Positions 19,065 through 27,050 of a DNA stretch of 64,000 nt are shown here, piece by piece (within the stretch, counting starts at the first letter, position 1; each line of letters starts with the position of its first letter). This DNA comes from Candidatus Omnitrophota bacterium (lineage in GTDB: Bacteria > Omnitrophota > Gorgyraeia > Aquiviventales > Aquiviventaceae), in NCBI GenBank assembly GCA_016198905.1, contig JACQHR010000011.1, forward strand, positions 7,427 through 71,426. Direction: 5' to 3'. The notes below the pieces were generated by a model, which was not told the DNA's origin, ran no database searches, and saw nothing but the letters and a program-made list of their open reading frames with translations. Position numbers and translations under genes: made by a program.

Positions 19065-20427
19065 CCGTCATCCCTTCTAAGGCGGCTTTGAGGCGGCTCT
19101 CGGAGTCGATCAGGAAGTTGCCGCTGGTGACGACGAGCTCCCCCTCGGACACGCCGCTCTTGATCTCATAGTAGCCCTCCGCCTTGACCCCAACGGTGAC
19201 ATCACGCGGCTCAAAAAGCCCCTGGCCTTTATCGACGAAGATGACCTGCTTTGTCCCCGTGTCGAACACGGCCTCTTCGGGAACTGCGAGCACCTCGCCC
19301 GCGGCGACGGCGATGGAGGCGTTCACGAACATCTCCGGCTTCAGGATATTCTCAGGATCGGTCAGGATAGCCCGCACGCGGGCTGATCGCGTCGCAGGAT
19401 CCAGCACCGGGTCGATCGAGCGGATCGTGCCTGCCAAGGTCTTGCCGGGAATGGCTTGGATTTCGATCGTGATGATCTGGCCGACGTTGACTAGCGGCAA
19501 TTCATACTCGTAGATCGGCGCATAGAGCCACACCCGACCATTCGGATCGGCCAGCAACAAGCTCTGGTCAGGCCCGGTCCAACCGGCCATCTCATCGATC
19601 AGCTCATTGCTTAACCCCAATCGACGCAGCCGAAAACGGCTGGAGTCAACCAGCCGCTGCGCCCGCTCAGTCACCTCCGGCATGGTGCCGGTCTTGGCTT
19701 GTTCCAACGCTTTCAGAGCCTGAAGGTATTCCTGCTCGGCCTGATACAGCTCCGGATCGTTCGCGATCTGTCCGACCGTTCGGATGATCTTGTTGATCGT
19801 CCGACGCTGCACTGGTGCTGTGGTGACACCGATGAACTGTCGCTTTTGGGACGTAACCAGGATTGGCGCGTACCCTTCAGGTGCAGTGGCTGAAACCTCA
19901 CCAGAGACTCCGTTTTCCTCGTAGACCGGAATCAGATCCATCCCCATCGGCGATTTGCCCGGCTTGTCCGACTTGTAGCCCGGAAGCATCGGATCGGTCC
20001 AGTAGAGGATTGTCTTCTCTTCCCCGGCGGGCGAGACGGAGGAGCTGACCGCAGCCTCCGCCACATGGGTTCCACAGATTGGGCAGACGACCTTTTCCCC
20101 CGCTTTGGCCATGACGAGCATGGGACATTTTTGTCCCGGCTTCATCATCGGGCAATTGTGCATGTAGCAAATATCTTTCGCCGTCTTTGCCGTGTGCTGT
20201 GTGCTTAGTGCCGTGTGCTGTGTGCTTTCTTTCTTGACCAACTTCATGTTGCAGATCGGACAGTCCCCGGGACGATCCGCGGTATAGGTGGGGTGCATCG
20301 GACAATAGTAGACGACCTGTTGGTGCGCGCCGGGACGGACCCGAGAGACGACTCCCACCACAGCCACGCCAAGGAGGCTGGCAATGATCAAGCCTCCAAT
20401 GAGTTGAGGGTTCTTGACGCGCATCAT
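19036..20427 (-). CDS. cusB: Efflux RND periplasmic adaptor (CusB-like) with N-terminal CPMHP..CPIC metal-binding modules
   Basis: 463 aa with YYCPMHPTY..CPICNMKL and CPMLV..CPICGTHV, plus a membrane-fusion-protein core. Contains an in-frame heptamer-repeat insertion (STQHTALSTQHTAKTAK). Confidence 0.9.
   Translation of the reverse strand: MMRVKNPQLIGGLIIASLLGVAVVGVVSRVRPGAHQQVVYYCPMHPTYTADRPGDCPICNMKLVKKESTQHTALSTQHTAKTAKDICYMHNCPMMKPGQKCPMLVMAKAGEKVVCPICGTHVAEAAVSSSVSPAGEEKTILYWTDPMLPGYKSDKPGKSPMGMDLIPVYEENGVSGEVSATAPEGYAPILVTSQKRQFIGVTTAPVQRRTINKIIRTVGQIANDPELYQAEQEYLQALKALEQAKTGTMPEVTERAQRLVDSSRFRLRRLGLSNELIDEMAGWTGPDQSLLLADPNGRVWLYAPIYEYELPLVNVGQIITIEIQAIPGKTLAGTIRSIDPVLDPATRSARVRAILTDPENILKPEMFVNASIAVAAGEVLAVPEEAVFDTGTKQVIFVDKGQGLFEPRDVTVGVKAEGYYEIKSGVSEGELVVTSGNFLIDSESRLKAALEGMTGGGHQHGGQ
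20189..20230. repeat. Two tandem 21-nt units built of GCTGTGT-type heptamers, inside cusB
   Basis: GCCGTGTGCTGTGTGCTTAGT followed by GCCGTGTGCTGTGTGCTTTCT. Confidence 0.9.
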
Positions 20428-21767
20428 CAGCTGCCTCCTGTAAGTTTCAAATCCGTTCCAACCGCCCGTTCGAGCGCTGCGAAACTTTTCAGCGCCTCGG
20501 CCAGCGCCTGATAGTAGGCGACTTGGGCGTTGAGGTAGACTCGTTCGCTATCGATGAGATTCAATACATCCATGCGGCCAGCCTCGTAGCCGGCCTGATC
20601 CGAGCGAAACGCCAGCTCCGCTTCAGGGATCAGGGCATTTTGGTAGACCTCCACCACCTGCTTGGCGGCGGTGAAGCGATAGTAGGCGTCCTTGACTTCA
20701 TACGCTGTGAAGTTCTCGGCCTGTTTGAGCTTGGCTTGGCTGGCGTTGAGATTTCGCTTCGCCTCCAGCACGCTGGGGATCAGGCGGTTTTGCCAGATGG
20801 GCAGGGTGATCTTCAACGGCACCATCCAGGCGTCGCGGCCATCATTGGGCTCGGTCGTCATGCCGGCGCCAATTTGGGTGTACTGGAATCCCACGGTAAG
20901 GTCCGGCACATACTCCAACTTGGCCAGGGTGTTGGCGTGCTGCTTCCGCTTCACCATCGCCGAGGCCTCGCCAAGTTCCGGGCGGCGCTTCTGAGCCGTC
21001 GCCAGGAGCTCTTCAAGCGTCGAGGACAGCGTAGACAACTCGGGTTGCTCCGCGTGTCCCACCGGCGTATGGGGATGACGGTCGAGCAGCGCGTTGAGCA
21101 GGGCGGCCGCCGTCTGACGCTGCTGGCGCAGCACCAACAACCGCTGCAGCACGTCCGAGACTTCAGCCTGGGCCTTGGCCACATCCCGCTGCGATCCGCC
21201 TTGCGCCGCGTACCGGGATTGGGCGATGCCTTCAAATCGTTTCAGCACTTCGTTGATCTCCTCCACGGCTTGCACCACGGCGTCGGTGGCATAAAGGTTA
21301 TAGTACGTGTCGGAAACCTTCAGGATGACGTCGCGCTCTGTGGCGTGGAGTTGGGCCTGAGCCGCTTGCGCCTCAGCCGCCGCCATGCGGTGCTTTTCCC
21401 AGAGCTTGCCGGGAAACGGCACCATCTGTTCGGCCTCATAGACGTTCATCTGGGGCCCGAGGCGGGTTTCCAAATCCGGTCCCATAATGGCGTAGCCAAC
21501 GCTCGGATCCGGAAGCGCCGAGGCTTGCGGGATGCGCAGCTTCGCGGCCCGCCACTGCTCCTTGGCCGCCTTGAGTTCCGGATTTCTCTCGAGCGCCTCG
21601 GTGATGACCTCTGCGAGACGAAGCTCCTCTGCCGGCTGCTCCTTCGCCGCTGCGTTAGGCGGCGACGCCATCTGGAGGACGAGCGCAGCCGTCAACAGAT
21701 CAATTCCTCGCATCCACGACCTCCTTGTTCCAAGACCTTCTCGGATCACGCGCTGACGCACGTGCAC
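20427..21767 (-). CDS. cusC: TolC-family outer-membrane efflux protein (CusC-like)
   Basis: 446 aa with a two-repeat OEP helical pattern. The stop overlaps the cusB start. The true start may be MRGIDLL (21713). Confidence 0.85.
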   Translation of the reverse strand: MHVRQRVIREGLGTRRSWMRGIDLLTAALVLQMASPPNAAAKEQPAEELRLAEVITEALERNPELKAAKEQWRAAKLRIPQASALPDPSVGYAIMGPDLETRLGPQMNVYEAEQMVPFPGKLWEKHRMAAAEAQAAQAQLHATERDVILKVSDTYYNLYATDAVVQAVEEINEVLKRFEGIAQSRYAAQGGSQRDVAKAQAEVSDVLQRLLVLRQQRQTAAALLNALLDRHPHTPVGHAEQPELSTLSSTLEELLATAQKRRPELGEASAMVKRKQHANTLAKLEYVPDLTVGFQYTQIGAGMTTEPNDGRDAWMVPLKITLPIWQNRLIPSVLEAKRNLNASQAKLKQAENFTAYEVKDAYYRFTAAKQVVEVYQNALIPEAELAFRSDQAGYEAGRMDVLNLIDSERVYLNAQVAYYQALAEALKSFAALERAVGTDLKLTGGS

Positions 21768-21819
21768 CTATCCTCGACATAGTGTATCAACATCCATGCG
21801 CCGAGGATAGCGACCGATA

Positions 21820-21872
21820 GATCAGTGTGGCAGGGCCTGCCGCTGCGCGTCACCCGCCACACTGACCATGCC
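21820..21872 (-). repeat. Dispersed repeat copy A, in the cusC leader
   Basis: The minus strand GGCATGGTCAGTGTGGCGGGTGACGCGCAGCGGCAGGCCCTGCCACACTGATC matches 47482-47512 plus 47598-47625 on the plus strand. Confidence 0.8.
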
Positions 21873-22000
21873 CCATCACTCAATTCCATCTGGACGGGAC
21901 ACGAGCCGCCCGCTGACAAATGCCACACCAACGCGTGGGCGGTGGGTCAGGGAGACAACCGCACACGAGACGGCTGCTCCCCAACCCTGCCGCTATCCGC

Positions 22001-22432
22001 TTACTGGGTTTTCTGCACGCTCGAGATCGCGATGAGGCGCTGCCCGTCGAGCTCCATCACTGTCCCGCGCACACTGACTATCTGCCCCGCGAACTCAGCT
22101 AGTTGCTGATTCGCCGGATTGTGGTCATTCATGGTCGCCAAGTAGAGTTGGTTGCCAACCTTGATGGCGACGGGTAAACCGCTCTTGATGCACTTCTTAG
22201 CGCAGCTTGCGTGCTTGGGCCCAATGCCCTCTGCCGGATGGCTGAGGTAGCAGAACACATCCGTGACTTCTCCAGTCAGTGTCTGCTCTTGCGGCGACCC
22301 TGTCATCGCCTGTTGCCCCGTGGCACCCATACCGTGATCATGGCCTCCATGCTCATGTTCGCTCTCGGCCAAGGCTGACGTTGCCCCAATCAACAACACC
22401 ATCCCGATAATTCCCTGCACTACGTGTTTCAT
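22001..22432 (-). CDS. Periplasmic His-rich, three-Cys protein (paralog B) upstream of cusC
   Basis: MKHVVQG start, signal peptide, SEHEHGGHDHGMG, then GEVTDVFCY..GPKHASCAKKCIKSGLP. Colinear with 15184..15576. Confidence 0.6.
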   Translation of the reverse strand: MKHVVQGIIGMVLLIGATSALAESEHEHGGHDHGMGATGQQAMTGSPQEQTLTGEVTDVFCYLSHPAEGIGPKHASCAKKCIKSGLPVAIKVGNQLYLATMNDHNPANQQLAEFAGQIVSVRGTVMELDGQRLIAISSVQKTQ

Positions 22433-22489
22433 TTCACTTCTCCTTATGAGTTGGGCCAGTGAGGCCCACGCGATACAGCAACACTAATG

Positions 22490-22501
22490 ATACCCCGGTA
22501 T
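22490..22501 (-). promoter_or_regulatory. Short CsoR-like palindrome ATACCCCGGTAT
   Basis: 5-bp arms ATACC/GGTAT, about 60 nt upstream of the paralog-B start (22432). Confidence 0.35.
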
Positions 22502-22537
22502 GGAGAAACACGCTGTCATCAAAACCTAAGGGTTTGA

Positions 22538-22954
22538 TTAGGAGAAACAATGAGGAGGCGCGTGGTTCGCGAACGTTGTCCGGTAGAACGGACGCGCTGG
22601 GATTGGTTCGTGTGCCGGAGGACTGAGGTTGTTGGGAATTGCGGAAAGGTCGATGAATCCCACGAGAGGGATTGCCTGCAGCGACATGGCCTGACGCAGC
22701 AGCGGCGACCCGCGAGCCAGGAGGAGCGTGAACTGTGGGATGACCACCGCATGCAGGGTGCTGCAGCAGGAATCGTTCGCTCGGGAGGGAGACTCGTCGT
22801 GATGATCTACGGGAGCATGCTGGTGAGTGTCGTTCACGTGCGCGTGGCCGCCACTGAAAGCCTCATAGGCGCAGTAGTTCGTCGCCATCAACAAGGCTCC
22901 GCCCACGATCCATGCGCTCAGGCGTATCGAGCATTCCATCAGGCGTTTTACCAT
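22538..22954 (-). CDS. Hypothetical His/Cys-containing membrane-anchored protein
   Basis: Start chosen at MVKRLMECS (22954) to avoid overlapping csoR. One TM helix, then GGHAHVNDTHQHAPVDHHDE and a CC pair. I recognise no family. Confidence 0.4.
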   Translation of the reverse strand: MVKRLMECSIRLSAWIVGGALLMATNYCAYEAFSGGHAHVNDTHQHAPVDHHDESPSRANDSCCSTLHAVVIPQFTLLLARGSPLLRQAMSLQAIPLVGFIDLSAIPNNLSPPAHEPIPARPFYRTTFANHAPPHCFS

Positions 22955-22979
22955 GACGCTCTTCCCTTTAGATGTCAGC

Positions 22980-23249
22980 CTATTTGACAAAGCGGTGGAT
23001 TGTTTGCATCAGTTCGGTGATCTTTGCTTTGCTCTCGCGTTTGCGGATCGCTTCGCTAACGCAGCCGTTGATGTGCCCATTCATGACTTTCAGCGAGACC
23101 TGGTCGAGCGCTTTGCGGGCCGCGGTGAGCTGCTGGATGATCTCGATGCAGTAGCGGCGCTGCTCGACCATGCGCGTGATGCCGCGCACCTGGCCTTCGA
23201 TGCGGCGCAGCCGTGGCAAGAGGTTATCGTGTTTCGGATATTCAGCCAT
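22980..23249 (-). CDS. csoR: CsoR-family copper-sensing transcriptional repressor
   Basis: An 89-aa product from ATG 23249 (MAEYPKHDNLLPRLRRIEGQVRGI..). C-H-C ligand pattern (RRYC ... GHINGC). The track start at 23339 (TTG) runs through a repeat hairpin. Confidence 0.85.
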   Translation of the reverse strand: MAEYPKHDNLLPRLRRIEGQVRGITRMVEQRRYCIEIIQQLTAARKALDQVSLKVMNGHINGCVSEAIRKRESKAKITELMQTIHRFVK

Positions 23250-23256
23250 AGGTTGG

Positions 23257-23290
23257 TACTCACCGGGAGTATACATACTCCCCCGTAGTA
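23257..23290 (-). promoter_or_regulatory. Two adjacent CsoR-type operator candidates
   Basis: TACTCACCGGGAGTA (23257-23271) and TACTCCCCCGTAGTA (23276-23290). Both have TAC..GTA arms around a G/C core and lie 8-41 nt upstream of the csoR start. Confidence 0.5.
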
Positions 23291-23305
23291 TGTCAAGTGC
23301 TATAA

Positions 23306-23397
23306 CAGCACAAAGCACTAAGCACACAGCACAAAGCAACTGCGTTCTGTGAAGATCCCACGACCCGCTTTATGCTTTGTGCTGTTTGCTGTGTGCT
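23306..23397. repeat. Heptamer-built inverted repeat (hairpin) between the DUF423 stop and the csoR promoter
   Basis: Left arm CAGCACAAAGCACTAAGCACACAGCACAAAGC, right arm TGCTTTGTGCTGTTTGCTGTGTGCT, loop of about 32 nt. Confidence 0.85.
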
Positions 23398-23399
23398 CA

Positions 23400-23762
23400 T
23401 CAGGGTTTTGCGGAGAGGGCGAGGAGGAGCCAGCCGATGAGCAACGCGAGGCCGCCGAAGGGGGTGATGATGCCGAGTTTCTTGATGCCGGTGACGGAGA
23501 GCAGATAGAGGCTGCCGGAAAAGAGGAGGATCCCGAGGACGAATGCGACGCCGGCGTTGCGAATCAACGGCTCCGAGGGCTTCAGTGTTGCCAGCCAGCC
23601 GACAGCCAGCAGCGCCAGGCCGTGAATGAGATGGTAGAAGACAGCCGTGTGGTAGATCTGCTTTCCTTCCGGCGTCAGCGTGTCCTTGAGCCCGTGCGCG
23701 CCAAAGGCGCCCAGGGCGACGCCCAGCAACATCACCAAACTACCGTAGCGTATCCAGATCAT
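23400..23762 (-). CDS. DUF423 membrane protein
   Basis: 120 aa, 4 TM helices, LGAFGAHGL and HGLALL motifs. Confidence 0.75.
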   Translation of the reverse strand: MIWIRYGSLVMLLGVALGAFGAHGLKDTLTPEGKQIYHTAVFYHLIHGLALLAVGWLATLKPSEPLIRNAGVAFVLGILLFSGSLYLLSVTGIKKLGIITPFGGLALLIGWLLLALSAKP

Positions 23763-23765
23763 CGG

Positions 23766-24812
23766 TTAACGCGTGCGGCGCACGCCGCGGAAGGGCGCGT
23801 GGCGCTCGGTGTACTCAATGATCGTGCGCATCATCCGGACGGTTTCCACGGGATACCGTCCGGCCGCGGTCTCTCCTGACAGCATGACGAAGTCCGAGCC
23901 ATCGATGACCGCATTGGCGACGTCGCTGACTTCGGCGCGCGTCGGCATCGGGTGGTCGATCATGTGTTCGAGCATTTGGGTAGCCGTGATGGCGGGCTTG
24001 TGCATGTGGTTGCACGCCGCGATGATCCATTTCTGCAGGATGGGAATCTCATAGATGGGCACCGAGATGCCCAAATCACCGCGCGCGACCATGATGCCGT
24101 TGGCGGCACGCAGGATGGCGGCGATGTTCGTGATCCCTTCGCGATTTTCGATCTTCGCAATAACCTGGCACGTCGGCAGCGCGTGCATGATGCGCTTCTT
24201 CACTTCGAGCACGTCGGCGGCGTTGCGCACGAATGACTGGGCGACATAATCGACGTGATTGCGCGTGGCGAAGACCAAATCGTGGATATCTTTTTGACTG
24301 ATGGAGGGAAAGTCGAGCGGCGTGCCCGGAATGTTCACGCCCTTGTGTTCGCCGAGCACGCCTTCCTGGATGACCTGCGTCACGAGGCGGTTCTCGGTTG
24401 CGCGAAGGACTTTGAGATGGATCTTCCCATCATCGATGTAGATCATCCGGTTCGGACGAATGCGGTTGAAGCGTCCGGGATAATCCAGCGAGACGCCCTC
24501 CTGATCCCCGGGGATTTGCTCGCGATAGAGCGTGAACCGCTGGCCGGCTTTAAGTGCCAGCAATTTTCCGCCTGCGATCTGGCCGGTTCGAATGCGATGG
24601 CCTTCGAGATCCTGGAGGATGCCCACCCGATGGCCGACCTTGCGTTGCACGTTGCGCACGCGCTCCAGCAGCCGCTCATGGTCGGTGAGCGTGCCATGTG
24701 AAAAATTGAATCGGAAGACGCCGACACCTTCGCGCACCATTTGCTCCAGCGTCTTGGGATGCGCGCAGGCCGGGCCGATCGTGGCAATGATGCGGGTTCT
24801 CGTGCGAAACAT
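23766..24812 (-). CDS. pyk: Pyruvate kinase, short form without C-terminal regulatory domain
   Basis: 348 aa with TRIIATIGPA, FRFNFSHG and MVARGDLG motifs. Confidence 0.85.
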   Translation of the reverse strand: MFRTRTRIIATIGPACAHPKTLEQMVREGVGVFRFNFSHGTLTDHERLLERVRNVQRKVGHRVGILQDLEGHRIRTGQIAGGKLLALKAGQRFTLYREQIPGDQEGVSLDYPGRFNRIRPNRMIYIDDGKIHLKVLRATENRLVTQVIQEGVLGEHKGVNIPGTPLDFPSISQKDIHDLVFATRNHVDYVAQSFVRNAADVLEVKKRIMHALPTCQVIAKIENREGITNIAAILRAANGIMVARGDLGISVPIYEIPILQKWIIAACNHMHKPAITATQMLEHMIDHPMPTRAEVSDVANAVIDGSDFVMLSGETAAGRYPVETVRMMRTIIEYTERHAPFRGVRRTR

Positions 24813-24818
24813 CGTCTC

Positions 24819-25421
24819 CTATTCGGCGATTTGGTCGAACAGCTCGCCATGCGTGGAACGAACAGGGGTCGCAGGACTCACCGGAAGCGTGACGCGCAGC
24901 TGGGCCGAACCGGGCAGACAAATCTGCTTGCACGCAAGCCACTTGACCGTGGCGGTAATGGGAATGCTGTCGGCGCTTGCCCGCGAGGCGATCTTCAGAG
25001 GGCTATACAGCACAAGCACCCCGGTGTAGCCGGACGTGTGAATGTCCCCTGCATCGACGAACTGCTCTGGTGTGGGCCACCACAGCGGGCCAAAGGTCAC
25101 GCCCGCAGGCCCGGACCATGCAATCATCGTCGGCAGCCCGGCGTCGCCGGGATCTTTGGCGTAGATGTGCCAGCCATCTTCAATGTCGAAATGCACACCC
25201 ACCCGAGTGTGTCCGCCTGGCTGAATCGAGGCATGTTCAGTGATCAGTTCCGCGGTGACCGGGTGCATCTTCGTAGGTGTTGATGTGGCTAACTCAGAAG
25301 ATGGAACGTCGGAGGCGCGGCACGCGGTATGAAACATAGCAAGAGATACCGCCAGGCATAGACTACATAGCAGCGGCAGGACCCGCTGCTGATCATCATC
25401 TCGCGAAGGAGCTATTCCCAT
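24819..25421 (-). CDS. DsbD N-terminal-domain-like periplasmic protein
   Basis: Signal peptide. [28 protein letters not shown] resembles the thiol:disulfide interchange DsbD/ScsB N-terminal domain pattern. Confidence 0.55.
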   Translation of the reverse strand: MGIAPSRDDDQQRVLPLLCSLCLAVSLAMFHTACRASDVPSSELATSTPTKMHPVTAELITEHASIQPGGHTRVGVHFDIEDGWHIYAKDPGDAGLPTMIAWSGPAGVTFGPLWWPTPEQFVDAGDIHTSGYTGVLVLYSPLKIASRASADSIPITATVKWLACKQICLPGSAQLRVTLPVSPATPVRSTHGELFDQIAE

Positions 25422-26962
25422 TCAATTGTTGCGGGCGGTTTTGAGGAGACATCGTAGACGACGCGGTTGATGCCCTTCACCTCATTAATGATGCGATTCG
25501 AAATCCGCTCCAGCACGTCCGGAGGCAGCTTGGCCCAATCGGCCGTCATCGCGTCCTGGCTGGTGACGGCCCGAATCGCGATCACGTGTTCATACGTGCG
25601 CTCATCGCCCATGACGCCGACGGTCTTCACCGGCAGCAGCACGGCAAATGCTTGCCACAAGTTGCGATACAGCCCGCTGCGCCGGATTTCTTTGACGACC
25701 CGCTCATCCGCTTCGCGCACCATCCGCAGCCGCTCGGTCGTGACCTCGCCGAGGATGCGCACGGCCAGTCCTGGCCCTGGAAACGGATGCCGCCACACGA
25801 GCTCATCGCGCAGGCCAAGCAGCTTGCCCAGCTCGCGGACTTCATCTTTAAATAAATCGCGCAGCGGCTCGACCAACTTCAGCCGCATGCGCTTGGGCAG
25901 TCCTCCGACGTTGTGATGCGTTTTGATCGTCGCGGAGGGCCCGCCCCATGCGGAGACGCTTTCAATGACGTCCGGATACAGTGTGCCCTGCGCAAGGAAC
26001 GCCACATTGGGAATTCGCTTCGCTTCCGCCTCGAAGACGCGCACGAACTCGCGCCCGATGATCTTGCGCTTCTGCTCAGGGTCGGTGATCCCCCGTAGGG
26101 CCTCCAGAAAACGCTTCGACGCATCCACGTAGCGGACGCGCAGATGAAAATGCCGGCCGAAGGTTTCTTGAATCTGGATGCGCTCGCTGCTGCGCAGCAG
26201 GCCGTTATCCACGAAGATGCAGATGAGCTGCGAGCCGAGCGCGCGATGCAACAACAGCGCGGCCACGGACGAATCCACACCACCGCTTAAGCCCAGCACA
26301 ACGCGGCTGCGACCCACCTGCTGCCGGATCCGCGCCGTGGTGTCCTTCACGAACGAGGCCATCGTCCATTCCCCGCGGCAGCCGCACACACGGAAGAGAA
26401 AATTCTTCAGGATGCGCAGCCCTTCTTCGGTGTGCACGACCTCGGGATGAAACTGCAGGCCGTAGAGTCGGCGCTGCGGATCGGCGATCGCAGCGGCGGC
26501 GGTGTTGTACGTCCGCGCGCTGATGGAAAATCCCGGCGGCACCTGCTTGACCGAATCGCCGTGGCTCATCCACGAGACGAACTCGCGCCGCGTGCCCTTA
26601 AAGAGGCCATCGGGTTGTCTGACCGTCAACATCGCCTTGCCGTATTCGCGCTTGCCGGCCCGGCGTACTTTGCCGCCGAGCCGATACGCCATCGCCTGCA
26701 TGCCGTAGCAGATGCCCAGCGTCGGAATGCCCTGCTCGAAGATGTTGCGCTGCGGCAAGGGGGCATTGGTTTGGTAGACGCTGTTCGGGCCGCCGGAAAG
26801 GATGAGGCCCTTGGGACGCTCACGCTGAAGCAGATCGCGCGTCAGCCGCTGCGGCGGGATGATGCGGCAGAACACGTGCTGCTCGCGGATGCGGCGCGCG
26901 ATCAGCTGCGTGTACTGCGAGCCGTAATCGACAATCAGGATGGATTCGTGAGAAGTGCTCAT
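25412..26962 (-). CDS. guaA: GMP synthase (glutamine-hydrolysing)
   Basis: Start [24 protein letters not shown] at 26962. GATase plus ATP-PPase (SGGVDSSV) and a C-terminal ..PPATIEWE. The track N-terminal extension runs through an octamer repeat. Confidence 0.95.
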   Translation of the reverse strand: MSTSHESILIVDYGSQYTQLIARRIREQHVFCRIIPPQRLTRDLLQRERPKGLILSGGPNSVYQTNAPLPQRNIFEQGIPTLGICYGMQAMAYRLGGKVRRAGKREYGKAMLTVRQPDGLFKGTRREFVSWMSHGDSVKQVPPGFSISARTYNTAAAAIADPQRRLYGLQFHPEVVHTEEGLRILKNFLFRVCGCRGEWTMASFVKDTTARIRQQVGRSRVVLGLSGGVDSSVAALLLHRALGSQLICIFVDNGLLRSSERIQIQETFGRHFHLRVRYVDASKRFLEALRGITDPEQKRKIIGREFVRVFEAEAKRIPNVAFLAQGTLYPDVIESVSAWGGPSATIKTHHNVGGLPKRMRLKLVEPLRDLFKDEVRELGKLLGLRDELVWRHPFPGPGLAVRILGEVTTERLRMVREADERVVKEIRRSGLYRNLWQAFAVLLPVKTVGVMGDERTYEHVIAIRAVTSQDAMTADWAKLPPDVLERISNRIINEVKGINRVVYDVSSKPPATIEWE

Positions 26963-26978
26963 CGACTCAATTGGATTG

Positions 26979-27050
26979 GTGGCCGTGTGGCCTCGTGGCA
27001 GCGTGGCCGTGTCGCGTCGTGGCCACTGGGCCACGTGGTCACCTGGCTGC
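26979..27050. repeat. Octamer array (GTGGCCNN) x9 filling the guaB-like/guaA spacer
   Basis: gtggccgt gtggcctc gtggcagc gtggccgt gtcgcgtc gtggccac tgggccac gtggtcac ctggctgc. Confidence 0.85.

Noticed and set aside
22980-23339. N-terminal extensions of track ORFs that read through repeats: csoR MLCAVCLVLCAV.., gua[20 protein letters not shown].., 49331-49885 MRVGSGFRVRG.., cimA 41957-42121, groES 32602-32679.
   Set aside because: In each case an internal ATG with a visible Shine-Dalgarno and a canonical family N-terminus exists. The extension is just translated repeat, operator or upstream-gene sequence.
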